This document shows positions 40,603 through 50,303 of a DNA stretch of 64,000 nucleotides, piece after piece. The notes below the pieces were generated by a model that ran no database searches, was not told the DNA's origin, and was given only the letters and a program-made list of their open reading frames with translations. Each line of letters opens with the position of its first letter. Within the stretch, counting starts at the first letter, position 1. Made by a program: the position numbers and the translations under genes. Origin of the DNA: Nitrosopumilus sp. (GTDB lineage: Archaea; Thermoproteota; Nitrososphaeria; Nitrososphaerales; Nitrosopumilaceae); contig CBDBLX010000002.1 in NCBI GenBank assembly GCA_965207445.1, positions 736,001 to 800,000 on the forward strand, given 5' to 3'.

Positions 40603-40848
40603 AACTACACTCTCTTTTTGTCTTCATTGTATTTTTCTATAGCAATCTTTGCTTTTATGTACTTGCTCAACCATTTTTCTTTAACGATGATCTTTTCATA
40701 TTCATCTCATCACAATTTTATCTTTTGATGTAGATTTGATGTTTTTTGGGCATCACTTTATTACATCATACATCTATTTCAAATACCATTATCATGCAGT
40801 CAATTTTAATTGAGTGTGTATTATAGTTCTACTTTTTATACATGACAA

Positions 40849-41112
40849 TTACTTTGTATCTAAATCCTTTTGTCTACATTCTAAATTGGTGCATTTTCCC
40901 TTTCTTATCTTGCTACCACAATCCATACATATGCCCTCTGGACCAATATCATCTCGTATCATCTTGTTTTTCTTTTCAACAAATACTTTGATTCCTACAT
41001 ACATTATAGTCACGATGACAATTGCATATATGGGCGTCGTAAACGGAATAAGTCCTATCATAAATAGTACCAACCCTACTATCAATATGATATCTCGCTT
41101 ACTAAACTCCAT
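40849..41112 (-). CDS. Small membrane protein with a C-terminal zinc ribbon
   Basis: Two TM helices then CMDCG..KC..C; ATG 41112 preferred. Confidence 0.7.
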   Translation of the reverse strand: MEFSKRDIILIVGLVLFMIGLIPFTTPIYAIVIVTIMYVGIKVFVEKKNKMIRDDIGPEGICMDCGSKIRKGKCTNLECRQKDLDTK

Positions 41113-41139
41113 GTTTGTGTCACAACACTTGTTCATAAA

Positions 41140-41213
41140 AATTATGCCGAGCTCAGTAATTGAGTTATATCATCAATCAATACTCTAACTCGTCTTCATT
41201 GCTCGGCATGATT
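41140..41213 (-). ncRNA. Candidate box C/D guide sRNA
   Basis: Terminal stem ATGCCGAGC/GCTCGGCAT encloses C box ATGAAGA, 12-nt guide, D' TTGA, C' TTGATGA, 13-nt guide and D box CTGA. Confidence 0.7.
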
Positions 41214-41496
41214 GATTTAACTTTATGTGATAAAAATGTGAATCATTGGGTAGAATCTTGAATAATTGTGTGATGCTAAAAATTGATTTTAAAAATACTA
41301 GTACATGCTAAATTTATAAAATGTGTAATTAAAAACTATATGATTAATATTATTTTAATAAAATAGTTTTGGAATTTATTTTCCGGCGATTTTTTTAATA
41401 TACATATATTATAATATGCCATAAATATTTTTTGGCATTCTTGTAATAACTTTTTTTCCTTTAATTTGTGTACTGTTCACTATACAAACAAGTAAA

Positions 41497-41573
41497 TGGT
41501 GGGACCGGCAGGATTTGAACCTGCGACCCCTGCGTCCCAAACGCAGAATCATACCAATCTAGACCACGATCCC
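41497..41573 (-). tRNA. tRNA-Pro(TGG), CCA encoded
   Basis: GGGATCG...CGGTCCCACCA; anticodon arm CTGCG-TTTGGGA-CGCAG; T loop GGTTCAAATCC. Confidence 0.95.
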
Positions 41574-41852
41574 AGTATTCAGACTTTCAGCTAACCCAAT
41601 TTAAGCATGACAAATATTTGACATACGCGTTTAATCGTCATTAGAATTTTATGTTAACTTATAAAATATACTCGTTTCATTCAAGTCATTTTCAATTTTT
41701 TACTCTTGATCCTGTTTTGATCTTTATGATTCCTGCTGTATTGCTCAAGTCACTTATTATAATTTGGCAGTGGTAGACATAAAGATATGCCAACACAACT
41801 AGGAAAATTCATAATTCCTAATCATTTTATGTATGTGTCAAATTGTAAATTT

Positions 41853-42758
41853 ATGCAAGTTGAGGATTATCTAAAAGCAGGCCAGATAGCAGGTGAGGTC
41901 AGAGAGATTGTTCGAAACACAAATTGGATTGGCAAGACAGTTTATGATATATGTGAATATATTGAAGGTGAGATAAAAAAACGTGGAGCCAGATGCGCAT
42001 TTCCTGTAAATACTAGTATAAATGAGATTGCTGCACATTATACAGCAGAGCCTAATGATGAGACTATAATACAAGAGACTGATCTTGTAAAGATTGATCT
42101 TGGTGCACATGTGAATGGGTACATTGCTGATACTGCCGTTACGGTATGCTATGATCCACAGTATGATGATCTTGTATCTACTGCAGAAAATGCACTTGCA
42201 AATGCATTGTCCATAATTAAAACTGGTATAAAGACACGTGATATCGGAAGTAGAATTGAAAAGGTCATCAAACAGAGGGGATTCAAACCCATTGTCAATT
42301 TGAGCGGACACTCTCTAGACCAGTATGAAATTCATGCTGGCAAGTCGATTCCAAATACATGGGCAATCGGTGGTTTTTCACTCTCTGATCAGTCTGCATA
42401 TGCTTGTGAGCCGTTTGTCACAACAAAAGAAGGTGGTGGATTTGTACGAAATGGACAGACTAAAAACATCTTTGCGTTATCGTCTCGTAAAAGGACAAAG
42501 GATGCTGAATCTGATCGAATGATTGATTACATATGGAATAACTTTAACTTTCTTCCGTTTGCATTACGGTGGCTTACATCTGAGTGGGAACTCTCAGAGG
42601 CACGTAGTTTACTGGGGAATCTTGTAAAGAAAAAAATCATAAAGGCCTATCCTGTACTAGTTGAGATACATGGACAACGTGTTGCACAGGCAGAACATAC
42701 GTTTATTCCAAATGATAATGGCGTCACTATAGTGACTGCTGCACCATCACACACATGA
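41853..42758 (+). CDS. map: Methionine aminopeptidase, type II
   Basis: AFPVN.S.NE.AAHY, KIDLGAHVNGYIADTA, NLSGHS, EPF, AQAEHT. Confidence 0.95.
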   Translation: MQVEDYLKAGQIAGEVREIVRNTNWIGKTVYDICEYIEGEIKKRGARCAFPVNTSINEIAAHYTAEPNDETIIQETDLVKIDLGAHVNGYIADTAVTVCYDPQYDDLVSTAENALANALSIIKTGIKTRDIGSRIEKVIKQRGFKPIVNLSGHSLDQYEIHAGKSIPNTWAIGGFSLSDQSAYACEPFVTTKEGGGFVRNGQTKNIFALSSRKRTKDAESDRMIDYIWNNFNFLPFALRWLTSEWELSEARSLLGNLVKKKIIKAYPVLVEIHGQRVAQAEHTFIPNDNGVTIVTAAPSHT

Positions 42759-42776
42759 CATTTTATGTGATTTGAT

Positions 42777-42974
42777 TTAATGTACTTCCTCTGAAAATAT
42801 CTGCTCTACTGTCACAATACCTTTGCATGATGTACATGCTTGTTGTGTTTTTGAAAATACAACGTCACCTTTTTCAAATTTCCGTTTTTGTGTAAAGTTA
42901 CATGTAGTACATGCGAGTATGGTGTAAACTATGGTCTCCTTTTTCTTTTGTTTTCCATACAGTTGAAATATCAT
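42777..42974 (-). CDS. Small zinc-ribbon protein downstream of DUF1512
   Basis: CTTC..KRKFEKGD.VF..CTSC; ATGA overlap with the upstream gene. Confidence 0.75.
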   Translation of the reverse strand: MIFQLYGKQKKKETIVYTILACTTCNFTQKRKFEKGDVVFSKTQQACTSCKGIVTVEQIFSEEVH

Positions 42975-44134
42975 TGCCCAACACCTACTGTATTCCCAAC
43001 ACCTATGATCAGTATGGTTTGTTTTTCTGATGAATTATCTCTTATCATATCATACACTTGCTCTCTTACTTTGTCTGCTTGCTGTGCTATTTTCTTTATC
43101 ATGGGTGTAATTGCCTCATAAACTGACTGTTTTACAACAATTGAGAATACTGGGATCGATGCATTTGATGCATACTCTTCGATCTCAAATCTCTCTGTGC
43201 CTATACCACCTATTGCTGCTCCAAATCCTTGTGATGTTGTAGCAGTTTCCTCACCTTCCATCTTCAGCGCTGCGTCTATCATGATAATAATGTCTATGTT
43301 TTGTCCTGTTTGTATGATTTCATGTAATGCATCGGCTGGCCTGCCGACCACTGATTCTGGGCCCTTTGCCTTTAGTATAATGATGTTTCTTCTTTCAAAT
43401 ACATCTCTTGCAACTACTGTGTGTAATGTATTGTTGTAATTTTTTTGAAGATCAAGCATCATTTTACCTACTACCATGGGCCCTATTCCATCTCCTATTG
43501 GTTGTCCACTTTGAAATGCTTGCATTGCATCTCGTAGTGCTTCTGCTTGCTCCATTACAAATGGTAAGACCATTTGAAGTGGTAGTATGAGGGGATAGTT
43601 GTTTTGTTTTTTTGCTGTAAGAAACATATGGTTTACCACTTTATGTATCAACTGAAGCGATGATGCAATCTCTAAGAGTGTATGTACTCTTGCCACTTGG
43701 ATCTCATCTGCTTGATTGTTTTCTGATAAGATTCTTGTAATTTGTTGTCTTGTAGTATCTTCTCTTGTGCGCATTGTATGTTTGACTTTTGGTATGATTC
43801 CTGTGGGATCCATGTCTACTGGCATTATTGTAAAATAGTCTAAAAGTTGTAAGATCTTCTCTGTTGGATTGTGCGTGAGATTTGTGGTATCTTTGATGTG
43901 CTCTAAAAGTTTGTTTTTTGACTCTATTCTATACGTGTCTAGTTTCTTTATTGATTTTTTGATCTCGCCTGATGTCACGTATAGTTGGATTCGTTGACCA
44001 TAAAACACAAAGAGAATTATTGGCAGTATCCAAATAAGCATCAAAAGTGGGTTTGATTCTTCTCCCATTCCAAATATCTGATCTATGTTTATGTTGGTAA
44101 AATTCACTAAATGTATGTTTGTATTTTTCAACAT
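42971..44134 (-). CDS. DUF1512 family protein
   Basis: PVDMDPTG, PIGDGIGP, IDAALKMEGE, IIGVGNTVGVGQ. Confidence 0.88.
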   Translation of the reverse strand: MLKNTNIHLVNFTNINIDQIFGMGEESNPLLMLIWILPIILFVFYGQRIQLYVTSGEIKKSIKKLDTYRIESKNKLLEHIKDTTNLTHNPTEKILQLLDYFTIMPVDMDPTGIIPKVKHTMRTREDTTRQQITRILSENNQADEIQVARVHTLLEIASSLQLIHKVVNHMFLTAKKQNNYPLILPLQMVLPFVMEQAEALRDAMQAFQSGQPIGDGIGPMVVGKMMLDLQKNYNNTLHTVVARDVFERRNIIILKAKGPESVVGRPADALHEIIQTGQNIDIIIMIDAALKMEGEETATTSQGFGAAIGGIGTERFEIEEYASNASIPVFSIVVKQSVYEAITPMIKKIAQQADKVREQVYDMIRDNSSEKQTILIIGVGNTVGVGQ

Positions 44135-44226
44135 AAATGATTCGAATCTTAACTTTTTGTATAATGTATGAGATCACTAATATGTGACGGCGAGTCCTTT
44201 TATTATGCGTCTTTGATATTATTATC

Positions 44227-44787
44227 ATGCCTCAAACAAAACCGATAATAAGTATCGAAAACGTGGTGGCATCTGCGTCTGTAGATCAAAAGATGGATCT
44301 CAATGAGATTACGCGTTTGTTTCCTGATGTAGAGTATCATCCTGATCAGTTTCCGGGGCTTGTGTTTAGATTGAAGACTCCTAGAACTGCTACTTTGATA
44401 TTCACATCTGGGAAGATGGTGTGTACTGGCTCTAAATCCGAACTTTTGGCTCGCAAGGCAGTTAGAACAGTTGTACGACGATTGCGTAAAGGCGGCATCA
44501 AGGTCAAAAAGAATGCTGTAGTTGAAATACAAAATATAGTGGCCTCTATAAATCTGCGTGGTCGAATACATTTGGAGCAAGCAGCACGTTCATTACCGCG
44601 AAGCATGTATGAACCTGAGCAATTTCCTGGATTGATTCATCGTATGGTTGATCCAAAGACCGTAATTTTGGTATTCTCATCTGGCAAACTTGTTTGTACT
44701 GGTGCTAGAAATGAGCCTGATGTACACCGTTCTGTAAATAATTTGCATGCAGTGCTAGAAGAGCATGATTTAATGATTTATGATTGA
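44227..44787 (+). CDS. tbp: TATA-box-binding protein
   Basis: IENVVAS, Y.P.QFPGL twice, LIFTSGKMVCTG. Confidence 0.97.
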   Translation: MPQTKPIISIENVVASASVDQKMDLNEITRLFPDVEYHPDQFPGLVFRLKTPRTATLIFTSGKMVCTGSKSELLARKAVRTVVRRLRKGGIKVKKNAVVEIQNIVASINLRGRIHLEQAARSLPRSMYEPEQFPGLIHRMVDPKTVILVFSSGKLVCTGARNEPDVHRSVNNLHAVLEEHDLMIYD

Positions 44788-45129
44788 TCATTTTATAGAA
44801 CTACCAAGTGGTACTGAATCTGCATCTTGCACTGAAAGCCAAAACGGTTTATCATTGACATCTGCTGCCAAAAGCATTGCGTTTGATTCCACCCCTGCTA
44901 CTTTTTTTGGCTCTAGATTTACTATGACAATTACTATCTTTCCTAACATCTCATTTGGTGTGAAATATTGAGCACCGCCTATTATTACATTTCGTGTGTT
45001 GTCCTCACTATCACTTAATTTGATGCGTCCTTGCATTATGCGTGTTTTGCCTTTTATGGGTTCTATATGGACTATCTTGCCAACTCGAATGTCAAGCTTT
45101 GCAAAGTCGTCATATGATATTTGGTTCAT
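44788..45129 (-). CDS. tRNA-binding OB-fold protein (Trbp111/CsaA-like)
   Basis: ISYDDFAKLDIRVGKI, NLEPKKVAGVESNAMLL. Confidence 0.9.
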   Translation of the reverse strand: MNQISYDDFAKLDIRVGKIVHIEPIKGKTRIMQGRIKLSDSEDNTRNVIIGGAQYFTPNEMLGKIVIVIVNLEPKKVAGVESNAMLLAADVNDKPFWLSVQDADSVPLGSSIK

Positions 45130-45246
45130 AATTACTCTATATGAAATGGCTTAAAATTAATTTCGCTTTTAATTTATTTTCTCACGTTGTATTATGTTTT
45201 GTTTGTTTGTTTGTATGTATATAAGTATGTAAGTAATAATATCCAT

Positions 45247-45329
45247 GTAACTATTCAACCTCTTCCTAAATTTAGGCACAAATTCACCACCTAACATCTG
45301 GCGCAGGTAACGGGGGGTTGAACGGTTAC
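45247..45329 (-). mobile_element. MITE-A copy, reverse orientation
   Basis: GTAACTATTCAACC...GGTTGAACGGTTAC with the reverse-complement core; TSD AATATCCAT/AATATCTCT (7/9). Confidence 0.88.
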
Positions 45330-45364
45330 AATATCTCTAATCATTAAACACATTAAGACGTATA

Positions 45365-45580
45365 TCATCTTGCAAGTTTTACTTTATCGACGTTTGGTGA
45401 TGTTTCTATGTCATATCTGATGTCAAGTGGGAGATCAAGATATGCCATGTTTACCATGTCTGAGATTTTATTATCTGGTATGTCTATCATGCTCAAAATT
45501 TTGGCCCTTTGATGTGCATATGCATTCTTCCAAAATGTGGCACCGTCAAATGTGGATATCTTTTTTCTTTTAATTACCAT
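45365..45580 (-). CDS. Small hypothetical protein
   Basis: 71-aa ORF containing FDGATFWKNAYAHQR...YLDLP; host-like composition. Confidence 0.65.
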   Translation of the reverse strand: MVIKRKKISTFDGATFWKNAYAHQRAKILSMIDIPDNKISDMVNMAYLDLPLDIRYDIETSPNVDKVKLAR

Positions 45581-46227
45581 GTTGTGTAATTTGTAGTAGG
45601 GTTATTTAATATCTGACTGTGAAGGAAGAATGGCACACGCCATTAGAACTGGAGTTACTGTTCTGGATTTTAGGCATTATGCCCATCACAGCCTAAACTA
45701 TTCTTTATAATCTAATATATCAATATTTCATTACAATAGTGAGGAATTATATATTTTAGTTAACTAGTATACTGTATGTCCCACCTGAATACACCCACTA
45801 GGTATTTTTTAATTACTCGTGTTTAATCACAACTATGCGACAGTTCAACCGGACAGCAGGACAGGACAGAGTCATGCACTCCAAGACACAGTACGCAGAG
45901 TATTAGAGCAAATAAGTTACAGATTCTGGGCAGAGTCTTTGGTAATTCACATTACATGCCATGGCACAACACGTGTTTTGGATCGAGTGACTTGTTGGCA
46001 AAATGAGTGGGTTGATTATCTGAAAAATGCATTCAAATGCTTGGAGAGTGGTTACATAGGCAATCAGAATATATCAAATCATTTAAGCACGATAGGAATA
46101 CATGATTTTTATAAGAGTTCATTTTAAATGGTTAAATATTATACATAAGAAGTGACCGTATTGAAGTGTAATTTTATAGACATAGAACGTACGTTGAATA
46201 TATATCTAGGAAAAAATTTTCAAAAAT

Positions 46228-46807
46228 GTGATGAGGTTGGATGCAGAAATTAAGATACTTTGTAGCAATCATAAAGTATGTGATAATGTGATCCAAACGT
46301 TGGACTCAATGGGGTTTACACAGATCAAAGATGTAAGTAAATCCTCGATTTCATTTGACATTACTGCCAAGCATAAGTTTCAAGATGCAAAAGATGAGGA
46401 AAGAATGATAAAAGAAGTATTTGGTAGGTGTGAGGATAAAATTCATGAGATTCAAGTTTCGAGAAAAAATCTATGACTTTTTTAGGCCTCCAATAAAGAT
46501 CACATTCATTCTGGCCGATCCATTCACGGAATCGTTATGCACAGATATTCAAAATACGTTGAGGACCAAAGAACGCATAGTAACAACAAAGTATACGATA
46601 CTTGGAAATTTTTATAATCACAGAGTAAAGGTGCGTGTACATAACCGTCAAAAACTCAAAGAGAACATAAACAAACTGCGAAAAAAACATCCAAATATGG
46701 CAATTGAGCTCGAACCCACTTCATATGTCAAGCATATTTGGAGTCTAAGTACATCAATTATTGCTATCATATTGATAGTTTGGAAAATCCTAGAATTATT
46801 TCAGTAA
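46228..46807 (+). CDS. Accessory protein(s): two overlapping ORFs (46228-46476 and 46421-46807), possibly one frameshifted gene with a C-terminal TM helix
   Basis: Removing one A from the A6 run at 46464-46469 fuses VSRK-IYDFFRPP. Confidence 0.5.
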
Positions 46808-46909
46808 TTTTTGTAATTGTCAAATTTGTATCTATGGTGTGTTAATACTATATAGAGTATTTTATAGTTGCACATATTTTTGTAAAATTCTGAACTTGTC
46901 AAGTATATA

Positions 46910-47029
46910 GTTAGTTTTTGATATTGGTATTAATGCTCTGTCATTGTCCTATGCAACTTACTAGATTAATTGCTGTGAGCATTCTGACTAGTCGACAGAT
47001 AATTTAAAGGGGTTTCTGCATAATCACTA
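46910..47029 (-). mobile_element. Solo upstream-end fragment of the IS66 element at 11190-13870
   Basis: Aligns to 13750-13869, e.g. identical CTCTGTCATTGTCCTATGCAACTTACTAGAT. Confidence 0.75.
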
Positions 47030-47050
47030 ATATATTTAATACAATCACAC

Positions 47051-47491
47051 ATGTCACATATGGCAGAGATTATAGTTGAACTTGACGTCAACGCTCCTGT
47101 ACATGTGGTTTGGGATATTATATCTGATGTAGACAACGAACCTCTATACTGGAAGGGCACAAAATCTGTCCGCAATATATCAAAAAATGATAATATAATC
47201 AAACGCGAGATTACAATTGCATTTAGGGATCAAAAATGTCTACAAGATGTTACACTCTATCCACAAAAACAAGTAGAATCTGTATTTACTGATGGTATTA
47301 TCAAGGGCACAAAATCTGTATATGTGATATCAAATGATTCCAATGATCGTGTATTATTGCGTACTGTGTGGAATGTGCAAATGACTGGAATGATGGGAAT
47401 GTTTACTGGTATGTTAAAAGGGCATATTCGTAACGGTACTGAGATTGCCATGAATGCTATCAAAGATGAAGCAGAGATGCGTGTTGCATAA
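47051..47491 (+). CDS. SRPBCC / polyketide-cyclase family protein
   Basis: VNAPVHVVWDIISDVDNEPLYW; C-terminal amphipathic helix. Confidence 0.85.
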   Translation: MSHMAEIIVELDVNAPVHVVWDIISDVDNEPLYWKGTKSVRNISKNDNIIKREITIAFRDQKCLQDVTLYPQKQVESVFTDGIIKGTKSVYVISNDSNDRVLLRTVWNVQMTGMMGMFTGMLKGHIRNGTEIAMNAIKDEAEMRVA

Positions 47492-47506
47492 GGGTGGTTA
47501 CTGCTA

Positions 47507-48823
47507 ATGTATGATATTGCCATCTCTGTGATATTGTATATACTGTCTACTATAATGATCTGCATAATTGGAGCATGGGTGTATTTATTGCGATCAATGT
47601 CTGTCACATTTCGCAACGTTCCGTCTCTTGATATGTGTGTGGGTGATAAATCTCAAAATTACAGTACCAATAACTGTGATATTTCAAACATACTTACACA
47701 AAATGACATTCGCAACAACAAATCTAATTCTGTTGATGTGCCGCAACCTCTTGTGTCTGTAATCATTCCTGCTCGAAATGAGACTAATTATATCCAGCAA
47801 TGCCTTGATTCGTTGACGTCTCAGAGTTATGACAATTATGAAATTATTGCAATTGATGATTCTTCTGATGATGACACTTTTAAGATTATTACTCGATGCG
47901 CAAAAGATCATCCTGAATTGATTGTCCCTGTGTCTGCTAGACAAAAGCCTGATGATTGGATGGGTAAAAATTGGGCTTGCATGGAAGGATATCAAAAGGC
48001 AAAGGGTGACTTGTTGCTATTCACTGATGCTGATACACATCATGACAAAGATGTAATTACACTTGCAGTACGATACTTTTATGCAAACAAACTTGATGCA
48101 TTGACTGTAATGCCTAAAATGCTTGCACCAGACTTTTGGGTCAAATCTGCATTACCTATGATATCTGTATTTTTGCACACACGATTCTCTGCACTCAAAG
48201 TAAATGATCCCAATAGTAAGACAGGTTATTTCTTTGGGAGTTTTTTCATACTAAAACGCCAAACATATCTATCTATTGGAACTCATAAAAGTGTCCGGGG
48301 TGAAGTAATCGAAGATGGTGCACTAGGACGCAAGACAAAAGAGGCTGGGTATAACATGCGTATGGTAAAAGGTGAACATTTGATAGATGCAATTTGGGCA
48401 CGCAACTTTGATACATTATGGCATGCACTAAAACGATTGATAATACCGCTACGTGCTCAAAATGGCTTTGGAATGACACTTGGAATTGTGATTGCCGTTG
48501 CATTTTTACTGTTTGCACCATTTCTGTCACTTGCATCTGGGATTTTTCTACTTTTGGATGAATCTTTAACAAATATGTTGCCTGCACTAGTTATGGTGTG
48601 TGCAAGTGGCGTTGCATCTGTACTTGTTTGGATTGGTGCTATACTTGAATCAAAAACTGGATTACATATTGGATCTGTGTATGGGTTGTTTGCACCACTT
48701 GGTGGATTTATGATATCTGCTGGATTTTTTGCAGGATTATTACGCTCAAATCCATCTGTCGTATGGCGCGGTAGACGGTACAATGCAAGTGACATGCCAT
48801 CTAAACAATTCGCAGCAATCTGA
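47507..48823 (+). CDS. Family 2 glycosyltransferase, membrane-bound
   Basis: VSVIIPARNE, DDSSDDDT, WMGKNWA, LLFTDADT, ED, W.GR.Y. Confidence 0.92.
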   Translation: MYDIAISVILYILSTIMICIIGAWVYLLRSMSVTFRNVPSLDMCVGDKSQNYSTNNCDISNILTQNDIRNNKSNSVDVPQPLVSVIIPARNETNYIQQCLDSLTSQSYDNYEIIAIDDSSDDDTFKIITRCAKDHPELIVPVSARQKPDDWMGKNWACMEGYQKAKGDLLLFTDADTHHDKDVITLAVRYFYANKLDALTVMPKMLAPDFWVKSALPMISVFLHTRFSALKVNDPNSKTGYFFGSFFILKRQTYLSIGTHKSVRGEVIEDGALGRKTKEAGYNMRMVKGEHLIDAIWARNFDTLWHALKRLIIPLRAQNGFGMTLGIVIAVAFLLFAPFLSLASGIFLLLDESLTNMLPALVMVCASGVASVLVWIGAILESKTGLHIGSVYGLFAPLGGFMISAGFFAGLLRSNPSVVWRGRRYNASDMPSKQFAAI

Positions 48824-49034
48824 CTTGTTTTGTCTTATTTACTCATTTATGACAATACTTGTTAAAATATTTATTACAAAAATACTTTTTATTGTCATAA
48901 ACTAAATAATATATATATAATAACAACAACACAACGCATGCATTGATTGACATGTCACTAATTTCTGTCTCATGTGTATGTGGTATCTGATTTGCCTTAG
49001 TAACCCTTTTACGTAGTTTAAAGATTTGCACCAT

Positions 49035-50249
49035 ATGGGAAATTCCAATGCAGTCACTGTTGGTGTTGTTGCCGCAATAATTGCAATCTCATTTGTTGCT
49101 GTATTTGTTATTCTTCCTACAAGCAATATTGACTCTGGTGTATCGTCTACGTATACTGCTCCTGATACACGTACATCTGATAATTCTGGTGATTTGCAAA
49201 ATACACAACAACAACCTTCTTTTGTATCTACGCCACCATACATGCAAAATTATGATAACCCCGTATATGATAGAAACTTATCTTTGGTTGACATATTTGA
49301 AAAGACAGAACCTGGTGTGGTTCGAATCAATGTGTTACGTGCACCTGATATTACGACTAATGATAATGGTGTAGGCTCTGGTTTTGTGTATGATAAACAA
49401 GGGCATATAGTGACAAACATGCATGTAATTCAAGCAGCAGAGGCCATACGTGTAACGTTCCTTGATGGTAATTCTTATCCTGCTGTTGTAATTGGTGAAG
49501 ATATATTCACAGACATTGCAGTAATACGTGTGAATGTGGATGCATCAATCTTACACCCTCTAGTCTTTGGCAACTCGTCTTCGCTCAAAGTGGGTGAACA
49601 AATTGCTGCAATTGGAAACCCATTTGGTTTGTCTGGTTCTATGACATCTGGTATTGTTAGTCAAGTAGGACGTCTGTTACCGTCAAATGTGGGTTATTCA
49701 ATACCTGATGTGATTCAAACTGATGCTGCTATTAACCCTGGAAATTCTGGTGGACCGTTGCTTAACATGCGTGGTGAAGTAATTGGAATAAACAACGCAA
49801 TACAGTCAACTACTGGTGAGTTTGCAGGTGTGGGATTTGCAATTCCATCACTTACTGCAATGACTGTTGTTCCTAATCTGATCATAGACAACTCGTATTC
49901 TCACCCTTGGATTGGTATATCTGGGCGTGATGTAGGATTTGATACTGCTGAATTGATGGGATTAGACAATGCTGTAGGATTTTTGGTAGTTGATGTGATA
50001 GAGAATAGCCCTGCAGAGATGGCCGGATTGCTACCTTCTGATGATACAGTTGAGATTAATGGAGCAGAGTTACGTATCGGCGGTGATGTTATATTGGGAG
50101 TAGACGGTAATGATGTTCGAAAAATATCTGATATTTTGATATATCTGCAACGTTCAAAGTCCGTAGGTGATGAACTAGTTTTAGATGTGTTTAGGGATGG
50201 GGAGATGGTTAAGGTTTACTTGACTCTTCAGCATAGGCCCATACAATGA
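49035..50249 (+). CDS. HtrA/DegP serine protease with a PDZ domain
   Basis: GSGF..TN.HV, DIAV, QTDAAINPGNSGGPL, SPAE.AGL. Confidence 0.95.
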   Translation: MGNSNAVTVGVVAAIIAISFVAVFVILPTSNIDSGVSSTYTAPDTRTSDNSGDLQNTQQQPSFVSTPPYMQNYDNPVYDRNLSLVDIFEKTEPGVVRINVLRAPDITTNDNGVGSGFVYDKQGHIVTNMHVIQAAEAIRVTFLDGNSYPAVVIGEDIFTDIAVIRVNVDASILHPLVFGNSSSLKVGEQIAAIGNPFGLSGSMTSGIVSQVGRLLPSNVGYSIPDVIQTDAAINPGNSGGPLLNMRGEVIGINNAIQSTTGEFAGVGFAIPSLTAMTVVPNLIIDNSYSHPWIGISGRDVGFDTAELMGLDNAVGFLVVDVIENSPAEMAGLLPSDDTVEINGAELRIGGDVILGVDGNDVRKISDILIYLQRSKSVGDELVLDVFRDGEMVKVYLTLQHRPIQ

Positions 50250-50303
50250 CTGTATATTGCGTTATGGCGCAAAAATAAATACTTCTTGTCATGACTTGAA
50301 CTG

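Noticed and set aside
45819..46127. 102-aa ORF
   Set aside because: No recognisable motif; probably debris or spurious.
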